A stretch of DNA of 64,000 nucleotides. Origin: an uncultured Solirubrobacteraceae bacterium (GTDB lineage: Bacteria; Actinomycetota; Thermoleophilia; Solirubrobacterales; Solirubrobacteraceae). The position numbers and the translations under genes are program-made. The notes beneath the pieces are model-generated. The model was given only the letters and a program-made list of their open reading frames with translations, had not been told where the DNA came from and made no database searches. Location: contig CAVWZC010000009.1 of assembly GCA_963759445.1 (NCBI GenBank), positions 1,704 to 65,703 on the forward strand, written 5' to 3'. Shown here in pieces: positions 63,991 to 64,000 of the stretch; position 1 is the stretch's first letter, and the number at the start of each line of letters is the position of its first letter.

Positions 63991-64000
63991 GCCCCGACCG

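Overview
High-GC (about 70%+) actinobacterial chromosome segment, most consistent with Thermoleophilia/Solirubrobacterales (inference: actinobacterial mihF-gmk-rpoZ-coaBC and pdxST-yebC-ruvCAB-secDF-rel gene orders, combined with pyrK-pyrD class 1B, recJ and a fused secDF). Contents, left to right: a pyr/car operon with a PyrR-binding leader; tRNA-Arg(CCG) followed by a small decayed lower-GC islet; secreted orphan proteins and a penicillin-acylase-family gene; a SAM-riboswitch-controlled thrC-like + MoaD/ThiS pair; rel-recJ-secDF-ruvBAC; yebC, PMM/PGM and pdxTS; an FAD oxidoreductase-DUF1365-cfa-like lipid-modification operon; acyl-CoA enzymes; GT39; ppx; a PAS-GGDEF cyclase; a Lys/Glu-rich repeat protein; a P450 and an FAH-family gene. 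Many housekeeping genes in about 0.5-7.2 kb and 34.8-45.7 kb carry single-base frameshifts that look like long-read consensus errors, not pseudogenes. No CRISPR, integrase, transposase, prophage or rRNA was seen. Best leads: an unannotated structured RNA candidate (18999-19077), a P4-less SAM-I aptamer with a second pseudoknot over a MetM/MetO-like pair, a furan-fatty-acid-like operon with an RpoE/ECF11-type promoter, a secreted Lys/Glu protein made of two disulfide-stapled hairpins, small unannotated proteins (including a CxxC protein next to ctaG), a Zn-ribbon-PAS protein, and a synonymous-codon switch that tracks exported domains. All product calls come from motif recognition by eye; no database search was run.
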